Translations under genes and position numbers: made by a program | IMG/VR virus record: IMGVR_UViG_3300010938_000006 | Span: 1 to 64,000 of that record | Length of the DNA stretch: 64,000 bases | Source: a virus | Reading direction: 5' to 3' (one strand) | The notes under the pieces: model-generated | What the model was told of the DNA's origin: nothing | What the model saw: the letters and a program-made list of their open reading frames with translations, nothing else | The model's database searches: none | Shown here: piece after piece, positions 27,879 through 37,015 of the stretch | Layout: every line of letters begins with the position of its first letter | How positions within the stretch are numbered: position 1 is the first letter of the stretch

Positions 27879-28366
27879 TTCATAGCCTTTCTGACCTTAC
27901 GAATATAGCTCCTATTCCAAATCTCACCTTTAGCATTAAATTTAAGATGCCCTAAATTATAAGCAGCAAGGGCATGGTCTTCATTTTTGTATTTCTTTAA
28001 AAGCTTGGCTAAGTGTGCCGCAGCACAGATGGCATTAATAGAGGGGTTAAATAGCTCTTTGTAGTTTCCTTTAAAGAGGCATGGAAACCCTACAGAACGA
28101 GCTGTAGAGGGCTCAATTTGACATAACCCTACCGAAGGTCTACCCGCTTTGCTCCAATTAATTGCAGACGGTTTTAGACCACTTTCTACAGTATATAAGG
28201 CTATCATTAGCTTTTCTGGTACACCTTGAACGTAGGCAGCAGTTTTAATCATACCAGTGTGATAAGCATCTTTGTATGCTTTAGACTGCAAAGTACACAC
28301 CTTATCAGCACAATCAGCATAGCTTATGCAAGTAAAGATAGTAAATATGTATATGATATACTTCAT
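27875..28366 (-). CDS. lytic transglycosylase (SLT domain), secreted
   Basis: Signal peptide, VESGLKPSAIN, GLCQI, AYNLG. Confidence 0.8.
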   Translation of the reverse strand: MKYIIYIFTIFTCISYADCADKVCTLQSKAYKDAYHTGMIKTAAYVQGVPEKLMIALYTVESGLKPSAINWSKAGRPSVGLCQIEPSTARSVGFPCLFKGNYKELFNPSINAICAAAHLAKLLKKYKNEDHALAAYNLGHLKFNAKGEIWNRSYIRKVRKAMK

Positions 28367-28618
28367 TAATTAGTAGGCCATAGCACTACAGCATTAGCTT
28401 TAAATTTATTAGCTCCTAAGTTAGCTTCCGTTGACCAATCCTCAAATGATTCTTTAGAATAAAGCTTGACCACTTCAAGTGGTATCAGCAATATACATCA
28501 TATCAGGATTATAGTCAGCTAATAGAGAAAAATCATTTCCTTCACCATCTTTAGCTATAACTACTTCATGCTTAGGATTAAGCTTAAATAAAATTTCAAT
28601 AAGTTCTTTTACTTTCAT
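28366..28618 (-). pseudogene. small gene split by a frameshift near 28475
   Basis: N-part MKVKELIEILFKLNPKHEVVIAKDGEGNDFSLLADYNPDMMYIADTT then TGA. The +1 frame continues LEVVKLYSKESFEDWSTEANLGANKFKANAVVLWPTN and ends at a TAATG junction with the next gene. Confidence 0.5.
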
Positions 28619-29160
28619 GAACGATCTCCATATTGATATTCATAAATCTTTTTTATTTGCGCTAAAAATTCTTTTCTGCTTTGCTTATATTTAGCTAAAT
28701 TACAAAATTTACAACAGGTTACTACATTTTTTACAGAATATCCAAATTCATTCTTTACTTTATCAATACCATTATACACGCAATCTCCATTACGTTCAGA
28801 AACTTTTGTTAAAGGTGAGTTTTCACAATAATGACAATTATTTATTGTAAGTTCCTTAAAAACCTTTTTGGAAAGTCTAAAACTTATGTTTCTGTATTTT
28901 GCTTCTTTTTTATACCTTCCATATAAGGTATTAAAAGCAGATTGTCCAAAAGCTAAAGAATTTCTTTTTATGGACGATTCTATAGAATAGCAGCCACAAC
29001 TCTTACTTAATCCATTCACTAAGCAAGTGCCTCTAACTATTTTAGTTTTACCACAAATATACTTACAATGTCAAAAACTAATATTAGCTGTAATATTCGC
29101 TTTTGATAAAACTGTCCATCTACCAAATGTTTTGTTTAGTAAATTAAGAGGTTTGCACAT
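28615..29160 (-). pseudogene. HNH homing endonuclease with in-frame TGA (29071-29073) at a conserved Trp position
   Basis: ATG 29160. Reads MCKPLNLLNKTFGRWTVLSKANITANISF*HCKYICGKTKIV...SCGC...CHYCE...CCKFCNLAK. The track ORF (GTG 29019) covers only the C-terminal part. Confidence 0.75.
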
Positions 29161-29716
29161 TTTTCATCTTTTCTATAAAATAATTAAAAAAGTGGGCTGT
29201 AGCTAAGGCATCGGCCAAAGCATTATGTTTTTGTAATGTAGTAGGCCATTTTAAACCACATTTAGCCATAGATTTACTCAAACCGCTTTGGGTTTTAAGT
29301 CCATTAGCCAGTTGATAAGTCTGATATAAGGTTTTTACATCAAAGAATCTACGGCCAAAGATACTTCTATCTCCTGGATTTCCATCAGCTTTTACCTTAT
29401 CCCACAAATAAGAACTATCTCCACCACCCCAAGTAACTGGATAACTTTCAGCATTATGTTTAATCTTTAGTTCACATAATTTACCATAAGCTGATTGCAA
29501 ATCAATACCAAGGTCAGCTTGTGCTTGCGTAATCCCTGTTAATTTAGTAATAAATGGATCTATTGGCTCATTCGGGTTAACGATTACAGATAACTCCTCA
29601 ACAATGGTGAAGGGTTCTATATGAAAGGCTACGGCTCCAATTTGGATTACTTTATCTACTTCACCTTTAGCATTTTTATTCATTTCTAAATCTAGACTGA
29701 TAAATACTTTACCCAT
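29144..29716 (-). CDS. DEDDh 3'-5' exonuclease
   Basis: ISLDLEMN ... HNALADALATAHFF. Confidence 0.7.
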   Translation of the reverse strand: MGKVFISLDLEMNKNAKGEVDKVIQIGAVAFHIEPFTIVEELSVIVNPNEPIDPFITKLTGITQAQADLGIDLQSAYGKLCELKIKHNAESYPVTWGGGDSSYLWDKVKADGNPGDRSIFGRRFFDVKTLYQTYQLANGLKTQSGLSKSMAKCGLKWPTTLQKHNALADALATAHFFNYFIEKMKNVQTS

Positions 29717-29969
29717 ACAACTCTTTTTCTATAGCTCCAAATTGAACTATAATAAATTTAATATTTTCGTCTTCTGCATATAAGCCATCGTGTATACCTA
29801 AATCATTAATACACCAAAAATATACTCCACCATCATCTTTTGCTATCTTATATATTTTATAAGGCTTTCCTTTTTTAAAGGCATCATAATAACAGTCAGT
29901 GATTGGCAGTATAAACTAACCTACATAGTGTCTATAGTTTTTTATTAATTTGAACTTTCTCGGTAGCAT
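29709..29969 (-). pseudogene. LLY-tail family ORF interrupted by in-frame TAG (29916-29918)
   Basis: ATG 29969 is embedded in the upstream ILYA codons. Reads MLPRKFKLIKNYRHYVG*FILPITDCYYDAF...GAIEKELYG. The stop overlaps the exonuclease ATG. Confidence 0.55.
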
Positions 29970-30159
29970 AAAGTATTTCTACTATTTTAGTTCTTTTAAG
30001 ATACCACTCATTTAATTGTTCGTAGGTTAGATTCATACTCCAACCTTTATCATTATCTTCGTTATCTACTTTATAATAGCAATCATCTGTTAAACTAACT
30101 CTGCCGTTTACTATTAATGAGCCATCATTAAATGCTGGTTTTAACCTATAACGTACCAT
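29932..30159 (-). CDS. LLY-tail family small protein (extended tail)
   Basis: ...KIVEILYATEKVQINKKL. Confidence 0.5.
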   Translation of the reverse strand: MVRYRLKPAFNDGSLIVNGRVSLTDDCYYKVDNEDNDKGWSMNLTYEQLNEWYLKRTKIVEILYATEKVQINKKL

Positions 30160-30167
30160 AACGTGAA

Positions 30168-30452
30168 CTATTCATACTTAATGATAATCTCTTCCATAGG
30201 AAGAAACACGTCAAAACTATTATCATCTTCGGGATGATTTATACTTTCTTCAAATATGGCTCCAAATTTACTACGTAGGTAATAGAATACATTTTTCTTA
30301 GCATCCCATATAGCTATATTAGCATTTCGACAAGTGCCTAAATAATAAGCTCCGTGTTTTAGGTCAGACTTACGAATAAGTCCTTGTTTATAAGCTTCTT
30401 CTAGTTCTTCTGGTTTAACAGGATTACTTAGGTTAAAATTAAGAATTTTCAT
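30168..30452 (-). CDS. hypothetical protein
   Basis: 94-aa ORF. Confidence 0.5.
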   Translation of the reverse strand: MKILNFNLSNPVKPEELEEAYKQGLIRKSDLKHGAYYLGTCRNANIAIWDAKKNVFYYLRSKFGAIFEESINHPEDDNSFDVFLPMEEIIIKYE

Positions 30453-30658
30453 TCTACCGCTATTCCTTCGCTACCCGAATATTTTTTATCTATTTTGCCT
30501 TTAATCAAGAAATCTACCCAATTATCGTCTGTATTATCTTCATAAGTATAAAGAAATTCTTTAGCAAATGTAATAGCTGCTTTCTTTGATTTAAATTGTT
30601 TTACGTGCGGAATACAACTCTTACTATAGAATAGTAGATACATTACTTTCTCTTCCAT
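30449..30658 (-). CDS. hypothetical protein
   Basis: 69-aa ORF. Confidence 0.45.
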   Translation of the reverse strand: MEEKVMYLLFYSKSCIPHVKQFKSKKAAITFAKEFLYTYEDNTDDNWVDFLIKGKIDKKYSGSEGIAVE

Positions 30659-31287
30659 ATCATCATATCATAACCATCATTAAATTCAATGATAGTCGGC
30701 TTCATATCTTTTTTAAAGATATCATACCAATCAGATGGTTTCAATAGTCTTTCATCTCCAAAAGATGAGGTAGTGTACTTATAAGTAGGTACATAGTTAA
30801 TTGCTATCTCTGCTTGGCTTAATTGACAAGTTACTAATGCTTTAATAGCTGCGTCGTCAAAATGCTCTAAAAATCCATGAGAATACGCTATTACATGCCC
30901 TGCGGGTACTAATTGTGGACGTTTTCCTTGCCTCACAGTTTGCATATTTACATTCATACAATGATTATGAAACTGTAAAGACAATAAATTAACTGATTCT
31001 AATCTTACTTCCCTACATAATTCTCCAAGATTTTCCACTGCCAAATCAGTAATTTCTTTACTTCTTTCAAAGAGAGTAAGTTTTGCATCAGGTATTTGAT
31101 TTAGAAGAATTTTAGCACACGTACCAATATCAGAACCGTATTCCACTAATTTTGGAGTATTGATAGTTTCTAGTAAAATTGCTTGACTAATAAGATTAAA
31201 AAATGGAGCGTATTTGTTTGCAAACTTAGTTTCATAAACAATGTTGTTTACTCTAGGTCTACGAAATAAATACCATTTGTTTAGCAA
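30643..31287 (-). CDS. class I SAM-dependent methyltransferase-like protein
   Basis: Motif I-like VEYGSDIGT and acidic loop LTLFERS. Confidence 0.45.
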   Translation of the reverse strand: MLNKWYLFRRPRVNNIVYETKFANKYAPFFNLISQAILLETINTPKLVEYGSDIGTCAKILLNQIPDAKLTLFERSKEITDLAVENLGELCREVRLESVNLLSLQFHNHCMNVNMQTVRQGKRPQLVPAGHVIAYSHGFLEHFDDAAIKALVTCQLSQAEIAINYVPTYKYTTSSFGDERLLKPSDWYDIFKKDMKPTIIEFNDGYDMMIWKRK

Positions 31288-31297
31288 TTATCTATCA

Positions 31298-31615
31298 TTA
31301 CTGTCCATACAATGTAGTTCCTAATTCTGCAATAGTAAATTTATTGAGTTTGTTTATATCATACAAAGTATCGAATCCTTTAGGATTATCAATAAACTGT
31401 AGCGGAACTAATTTTAAATTGATGTGATTTTTATAGCCTAAAGAAGGAATATCAATAAGAACGTCAGAAACATAAAATATTTTTGTCCAGAAAGTTTCAT
31501 CTTTATTAGGGTAGTTAAATTTAGTAACGTATCTTTCTTCTTCAAAGATAATTACTTTATATAAGTACGTATTTGCTAATTTCAAAGTATTTAAACTTAA
31601 TACAACACTATTCAT
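31298..31615 (-). CDS. LLY-tail family small protein
   Basis: Ends ELGTTLYGQ. Confidence 0.5.
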   Translation of the reverse strand: MNSVVLSLNTLKLANTYLYKVIIFEEERYVTKFNYPNKDETFWTKIFYVSDVLIDIPSLGYKNHINLKLVPLQFIDNPKGFDTLYDINKLNKFTIAELGTTLYGQ

Positions 31616-31625
31616 TCATAAGAGT

Positions 31626-32522
31626 TTACACGAAACCTTCGGGGAATACAACCTGGGGAATTCTCACTTTATTCGCACCTTTTTTGTACCTGTCTGAATA
31701 CCTGCCTTGGTATTGCCACAATTCTTTCTCGTTAAACTTCTCTTCTTCGGTTAATTCTCTACCTAATGAGCGTTCTATTGCCTTTATAAGCAAGGGATCT
31801 GGAATACTAAGGCGATACCGGCTAATAGGATTAAAGATGCGGTTAGAATAGCCACAAGTAAAGTTTGGGCGCTGTCCTTTTTTATCAATAATACTCCACT
31901 TTTCATATAAATCTATGAACATATCTCTATTACTAATACCAATGAGATATTTATTTCGTTGTTCTTGATTTAACTTATTGAATTTTAAAAACTCTACTTC
32001 CCATATCCTTAACTTATCACCAGTACATTCTAACACTTTAACTTCGTTAGATTTTAAAAAACTTAGACAATAAGGACAAGTCGTGGGCTCTTTCTTAACT
32101 AGCTTAAATTCTTTCTTTTTCTTATACTTTAGCTTTTTCACTTTAACGTTTGAAGTATAAATTGCATCTCCAACTTTACCTTCTGCAAAGTTTTTAATGC
32201 TTTCATCTAAAGTATCTAAAGTTTGAGTACTTATATTAAGGTACTCAAAATCTTCACGAATTTGATCTTGAATAGAGTAGTTTATGGAACTAACCCCATG
32301 AGCTTTTTCTAGTCTTTTAGACTCAGCGTCAGCTACACTTTGACCAACAGAGCCATTTATCCAATTAGGCTTAGCATAAGCATATACAGTACTTACGTAA
32401 TTGTCGTAAGTTTTATACTGTTCTATAAGATTTGGATTTTGTAAGAAAAATTCCTTAGCAGTAGGACGTTTTAACCATCCTAGATTCTCAAGTTCTTCTG
32501 TACTTCTATACCTTTTTTCCAT
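31626..32522 (-). CDS. hypothetical protein
   Basis: 298-aa ORF. Confidence 0.55.
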   Translation of the reverse strand: MEKRYRSTEELENLGWLKRPTAKEFFLQNPNLIEQYKTYDNYVSTVYAYAKPNWINGSVGQSVADAESKRLEKAHGVSSINYSIQDQIREDFEYLNISTQTLDTLDESIKNFAEGKVGDAIYTSNVKVKKLKYKKKKEFKLVKKEPTTCPYCLSFLKSNEVKVLECTGDKLRIWEVEFLKFNKLNQEQRNKYLIGISNRDMFIDLYEKWSIIDKKGQRPNFTCGYSNRIFNPISRYRLSIPDPLLIKAIERSLGRELTEEEKFNEKELWQYQGRYSDRYKKGANKVRIPQVVFPEGFV

Positions 32523-32709
32523 TGTAGTTCTTATAAATTTGTCCGTTTTCTACATTATATCCGTTTTTAGCTGTAAATTCAAGAAAAGATTCAAGAATAC
32601 ACTCTACTAGGAAATTCCTGTCTCTATTCATGCTGTTATGGCTAAACTTCTTCGCAGCTTCGCTGTGAATATCATTAAGCTCTTTAATTGTAAGCTTAAT
32701 CTCACTCAT
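32506..32709 (-). CDS. hypothetical protein
   Basis: 67-aa ORF. Confidence 0.5.
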   Translation of the reverse strand: MSEIKLTIKELNDIHSEAAKKFSHNSMNRDRNFLVECILESFLEFTAKNGYNVENGQIYKNYNGKKV

Positions 32710-32763
32710 TAATAGTCCGATCTACTGCCGCCTCCGCCAAAATCGCCACCATCTCTACTATAA

Positions 32764-33228
32764 TCACTTCCAAGAATCGTAACTGCTACTATCACTTGAA
32801 TCATAATTACTAGATTCATGAGAATTATGAGAAGGGGTAGAATAATCCATTAGATGACTGGCAACGCCTACAGCTATAGCCGTATTCAATAAGCTGTCAT
32901 CAGTACTTTGGTTATCATATCTACGGCTATTAGAATAGTGGCGTCTAGTAGTAAAGGGTTTGCTCGATTTTCGAGCCTTTCTAGTTGTTTTCTTCTTTGA
33001 AGTCTTTCGTTTAGTGGTTTTCTTTTTCTTTATAGAAGTTTTTATGGGAGCGTTTAATCTTTCTACATAAGAATCTGCATCTTCTTTACTGAAAGAATTA
33101 TAAATAATATCAGCATGATACCATCCATAATCCTCTACAGCATAATAACTCTTAAACCAAGTCCATTCTTCAGTCGAATGAATGAATGTAGGCAGAATTG
33201 CATACTTTTTAATTACTTGTTGAGACAT
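32764..33228 (-). CDS. hypothetical protein with basic K/T-rich linker and S/D/Y-rich tail, possibly with a 3' frameshift
   Basis: 154-aa ORF. The +1 frame from 32771 reads GSDYSRDGGDFGGGGSRSDY and ends at a TAATG junction (32709-32711) with the next gene. Confidence 0.5.
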   Translation of the reverse strand: MSQQVIKKYAILPTFIHSTEEWTWFKSYYAVEDYGWYHADIIYNSFSKEDADSYVERLNAPIKTSIKKKKTTKRKTSKKKTTRKARKSSKPFTTRRHYSNSRRYDNQSTDDSLLNTAIAVGVASHLMDYSTPSHNSHESSNYDSSDSSSYDSWK

Positions 33229-33230
33229 AA

Positions 33231-34619
33231 CTACCTTTTTTTATTAATCTTAATTCTAGTAACCCATCCCCACTTAGCGGGAGGATTTTGATTGCCGTAA
33301 ATTGCCCATAGAACGGGATATTTGGGTTTCTTAGGATGATCGGCCATATCCATATCACCGAAGTAAATTAGACCGTCTACGTCCAATTCTGCGGCCTTAT
33401 CCAAGGCAGGTTGATATGCTGTTCCACCACGACCATTAACTTTAATAGGCTTTTTTGGGTCAAATTTGTACACTTTATGCACAACACAGTCAGCTTCGAT
33501 AACAGTTATTTCTACTCCCATATTGTGAATTTTTGCACACTCTGCCCAAATTTGTTCTAAAGATTCGTCTGGCATACTACCAGAAGTATCCCATGCCGTA
33601 GCCAAATGCATTTTAGGATAAACTTTTATACCAGGAAATAATACCCCAAATCGACGATTACGAATTTTTCTCGAAGATTCAAGAATAATTTCAGAGGTTT
33701 TAGCAACAAAACGTTGCAAGTCCGCTCGCCAATCCTTAGGCTTATAGTACAAAGCGTTAATCATTTGAGCTAAATCCCCAGGTAACGTTCCAATACCCAT
33801 ATTGGATTGCTCCATAGCCTTGCCTACAGTTTGCTTAATCTTTTCTGCTACGTATTCTGCATCTGGATTGCCTTCATACCAAATGCTATGGTCATCTACT
33901 GTACTGTTTCCTTGACCATCTTTGCCTTGACTTTGGCTCTTTCCTTTTTGAGTTTGGCCTTCATCACCATCACCGCCACCTTTACGTTTCTTTTGTAAAA
34001 TATCATAATAATATTCCATATTTTGGCGACGTTCTAATCCTGGATGTTGTTTAGCAAGATTATCCACTAGCAAAGGTTGTGCCTCAAGAGGTTTTCCAGC
34101 GTCAGGATTGTCAATAACGTTTCCTTGATTGTCCATCATTTGGTCAGGTTGAACAATCATATCACCTTGTTCGTTAAACAAGTGAAACTTCTTAGGCAAA
34201 TTAGGCAGATACTCGTTAATGGCGTAGTCTGCCGCTTGGTTTAACGTACTGGCCTTCATCATGTCTTGAACAACTTCTTTAAGTTGTCGCTTTTCACCGT
34301 AAAACATATTAGGTTCTAAGTCTTTATATCGACCGATGTGATTGTTAAGAACGTGATAAACTTCATGTTTAAGTAATTCGATTCGTTCTGGTTGTTTCAA
34401 ATCATTCCAGAAGAATGGATTAACGTAAAGATTAACCGTATCAGTCACATTTACCCCCAAAGTTGGGAGTCTGGTAACAAAATTTCTAGTCATATTTAAT
34501 AACATTGCCGCAAAAAACGGCTCATTTTGAATAAGCTTCATAATTGCAGCTTGCAGATTCTCTGCAGCTTCCGATTCTGCTCGCTTAAGTCTATCGTTAA
34601 TTTGATTATTTTGTTCCAT
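33231..34619 (-). CDS. VWA-domain protein with N-terminal HExxH metallopeptidase-like domain (DUF2201/CobT-like)
   Basis: HEVYHVLNNH in the N-half. MIDAS-type AWDTSGSMPDE in the C-half. Confidence 0.7.
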   Translation of the reverse strand: MEQNNQINDRLKRAESEAAENLQAAIMKLIQNEPFFAAMLLNMTRNFVTRLPTLGVNVTDTVNLYVNPFFWNDLKQPERIELLKHEVYHVLNNHIGRYKDLEPNMFYGEKRQLKEVVQDMMKASTLNQAADYAINEYLPNLPKKFHLFNEQGDMIVQPDQMMDNQGNVIDNPDAGKPLEAQPLLVDNLAKQHPGLERRQNMEYYYDILQKKRKGGGDGDEGQTQKGKSQSQGKDGQGNSTVDDHSIWYEGNPDAEYVAEKIKQTVGKAMEQSNMGIGTLPGDLAQMINALYYKPKDWRADLQRFVAKTSEIILESSRKIRNRRFGVLFPGIKVYPKMHLATAWDTSGSMPDESLEQIWAECAKIHNMGVEITVIEADCVVHKVYKFDPKKPIKVNGRGGTAYQPALDKAAELDVDGLIYFGDMDMADHPKKPKYPVLWAIYGNQNPPAKWGWVTRIKINKKR

Positions 34620-34642
34620 ACACTTATTTTATTCAAAACAAA

Positions 34643-34687
34643 GGCGGATAGCTAGTACTATTTTAAATTTTGTACTAACTACCCGCC
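34643..34687 (-). terminator. 16-bp stem-loop plus U-tract between the MoxR and VWA genes
   Basis: On the minus-sense RNA, GGCGGGUAGUUAGUAC/GUACUAGCUAUCCGCC pairs with two G-U wobbles and is followed by UUUGUUUUG. Confidence 0.6.
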
Positions 34688-34719
34688 GTTGACGACGTTA
34701 TAATGGGGGCGTCTAAGTC

Positions 34720-35820
34720 TTACTTTGCATTCATTTTAGCTTTGGCTTTAGTAAGCAAAGCTTCAAATTCCTTATCATTCTCAAAGAATGTTCGGAGGTT
34801 ATCTTGTAGATATAGCTCTCGTGCAGAACTATAACATAAGTCTGCAGGGATTGCCTTAAGAAACTTCATAAGGTTATCACCTTCGACTGCAGTAAACTTA
34901 GTCTTATCCTTAGCCTTTACATACTTAAGGATATTATCTGACGTAGCTTTTAGAAGGTCCATACGACCACCAGTAGCATGGTCAGAATATTGCTCAATAC
35001 GCTTCTTATGCTTATTGAAGTGCTTGAGAATATCCTCTGCACTCAACGGTTTATCGGTATTCTTAATAGATTCGATAAACGCCGTAGTGGCAGCCATTCC
35101 AATAAGGCCGTAGCTTAGCTCTTGGAGCAAGCTAAGAGGCATTTTTTGCTTTTTCAAGCGGTCCAGAGACTTATAGCTACGACGAGAGGGCTTTACTTCT
35201 TCATAGTTAAAGTCTTCGGTTTTATTCTCCAGTAATTCAGGTTGAGTGCGAATAAACTCAATGATATCTGGATCGGTGTCTGATTTTTCAGCATAATCTA
35301 ACCATTCCGAAACAGTGGGATCAAGTTTAATGTGACAAAAGCGATCCATGAAAGCTTTATCAGCGATATCAGTAACGATATAATCTTCAGTATTAGGATT
35401 ACTCATTGCCATGATGTAGCAATTGTTGGGCAAATATGTCGTATGCATACGTCCTTCGAGAACCAACGGGAATACCGCTTGAAGTACGTCACGACGAGCA
35501 CGATTCATTTCGTCAAGAGCTAGAATAGCTCCAGACTTAGGATTATTCGTGCAGTAATCAATAATCTCTTTGAGCCAGTTCGGAGTAAAGTGTTTAGTAG
35601 CAATCTTACGGCCTTTATCATCCGTATCAAAATCTGGAAGACCTAGCAAGTCTCCTATATCTTGAGTACCGAGATTGAGATACATAAACTTATATCCCAA
35701 TTCATCAGCGAATTGTTTCGCCGTTTCAGATTTGCCAATTCCGTGTCGGCCCCATACCAAGCTAGCTACCTTAGCCTTCATGAGGTAAGGTAGAGCCTTT
35801 TTAAATGTCTTGATATCCAT
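34720..35820 (-). CDS. MoxR/CobS-like AAA+ ATPase
   Basis: Walker A GRHGIGKSE, Walker B ILALDEMNRA, 366 aa. Paired with the VWA gene. Confidence 0.8.
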   Translation of the reverse strand: MDIKTFKKALPYLMKAKVASLVWGRHGIGKSETAKQFADELGYKFMYLNLGTQDIGDLLGLPDFDTDDKGRKIATKHFTPNWLKEIIDYCTNNPKSGAILALDEMNRARRDVLQAVFPLVLEGRMHTTYLPNNCYIMAMSNPNTEDYIVTDIADKAFMDRFCHIKLDPTVSEWLDYAEKSDTDPDIIEFIRTQPELLENKTEDFNYEEVKPSRRSYKSLDRLKKQKMPLSLLQELSYGLIGMAATTAFIESIKNTDKPLSAEDILKHFNKHKKRIEQYSDHATGGRMDLLKATSDNILKYVKAKDKTKFTAVEGDNLMKFLKAIPADLCYSSARELYLQDNLRTFFENDKEFEALLTKAKAKMNAK

Positions 35821-35957
35821 TATCTTACTATTCTCCTTTATTAATTAGAAGTTTGTTCCTGAATCTTATTTTGCATATTTTGATTATAAACATCAATAAC
35901 TTTTTTCTGCCACCGTTTAAGTGGATATTTACTTTTAATATTAGCCTTTTGAAGCTT

Positions 35958-36815
35958 TCAATACAATTCAAGTAGTGAATCATAGGAATTTTCTAAAGCT
36001 TTAACTAGCTTAACCATCTCTTGCGCATCTTTAATGCCAAAATCATTAGCATCAAGTCCAGCTAAGGCAATATGTATTTTATATACAGAGTTGCTCTTAG
36101 AGAGTTTTTTGCCGTACAAGTATTCTATTAAAAATAAAACAGAATTTTTGCGTTTTTTGGCAATATGCTTATTTATTATACCATTAAATTCTAACCTGTT
36201 TTTTCTCCAACGATGTTGAGTAGCTCCAGAGGCAATAATAGAAGAAAACCACTTCTCTAAATCTTTGTGCTCAGGTTTAACAGTAGTATTACTAGTACTA
36301 TATCCTACTGCTTGTACTCTACGATTAGTATAGACTAGTCGTCGATATTCTTCATTATTATATCTAGTAACTACTACATCAATTACAGGATTAATGAGAA
36401 ATTTATCAAAATTTATACAAAGATTTACATACTCAACAAATAAATGGTCTAAAGTAGTAGCATTGGTTTTTTTGCTTGTTACGACTTTAGTGTCTATTTT
36501 AAAACATAGGTCAAAATCATATTTTTCAGGACTGTGATTACTGTATCTATCCGTTGTTACGTAAAAATCTTCTACGAAGTTATTTAGGAAGGGCAGTAAT
36601 TCGTTTGAGCTATAGGTGTTGCGCTGAAATTTGTGCTCTTTAGCATTATGGATTGCTAACCAATCATACGTTAGATTCCCATTTTGAGCACCAAGCAACT
36701 TACCTTTTAATTGAAAACTAATAGTAGTAGGAATAGTTTCAATTTTTTTGTCAGTAGAATCGTAATAGATTTCCAATAAATTTCTTAAAGCCTCAGACAT
36801 AAACGCCCCCAACAT
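35958..36815 (-). CDS. hypothetical protein
   Basis: 285-aa ORF ending in TGA. The frame stays open for 39 more codons, to TAA 35841-35843. Confidence 0.55.
   Translation of the reverse strand: MLGAFMSEALRNLLEIYYDSTDKKIETIPTTISFQLKGKLLGAQNGNLTYDWLAIHNAKEHKFQRNTYSSNELLPFLNNFVEDFYVTTDRYSNHSPEKYDFDLCFKIDTKVVTSKKTNATTLDHLFVEYVNLCINFDKFLINPVIDVVVTRYNNEEYRRLVYTNRRVQAVGYSTSNTTVKPEHKDLEKWFSSIIASGATQHRWRKNRLEFNGIINKHIAKKRKNSVLFLIEYLYGKKLSKSNSVYKIHIALAGLDANDFGIKDAQEMVKLVKALENSYDSLLELY
36023..36038 (-). promoter_or_regulatory. candidate sigma-54-type promoter motif
   Basis: Minus strand reads TGGCATTAAAGATGCG (GG-N10-GC), about 190 nt upstream of the MoxR ATG and inside the 3' end of the upstream ORF. 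Confidence 0.35.
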
Positions 36816-36828
36816 TTATATCTTAATG

Positions 36829-37014
36829 CTATTTTAAAAGCTTTGCAATTTTTTTTAGTGTGCTTTCTTTTAATAGCATTTCTTCTTTACAATTTGTATG
36901 GATAAAACCATAAATCTTTTCAGGTAAATCTACACCTTCATTAAATATATCGTATATATGGATAGTCAATTTCTTGTCGATTTTCTCAATGATTTGTGGT
37001 TTTTCTAGTTCCAT
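36829..37014 (-). CDS. hypothetical protein
   Basis: Start set to ATG 37014 (MELEKPQIIEK...). Confidence 0.45.
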   Translation of the reverse strand: MELEKPQIIEKIDKKLTIHIYDIFNEGVDLPEKIYGFIHTNCKEEMLLKESTLKKIAKLLK

Positions 37015-37015
37015 A

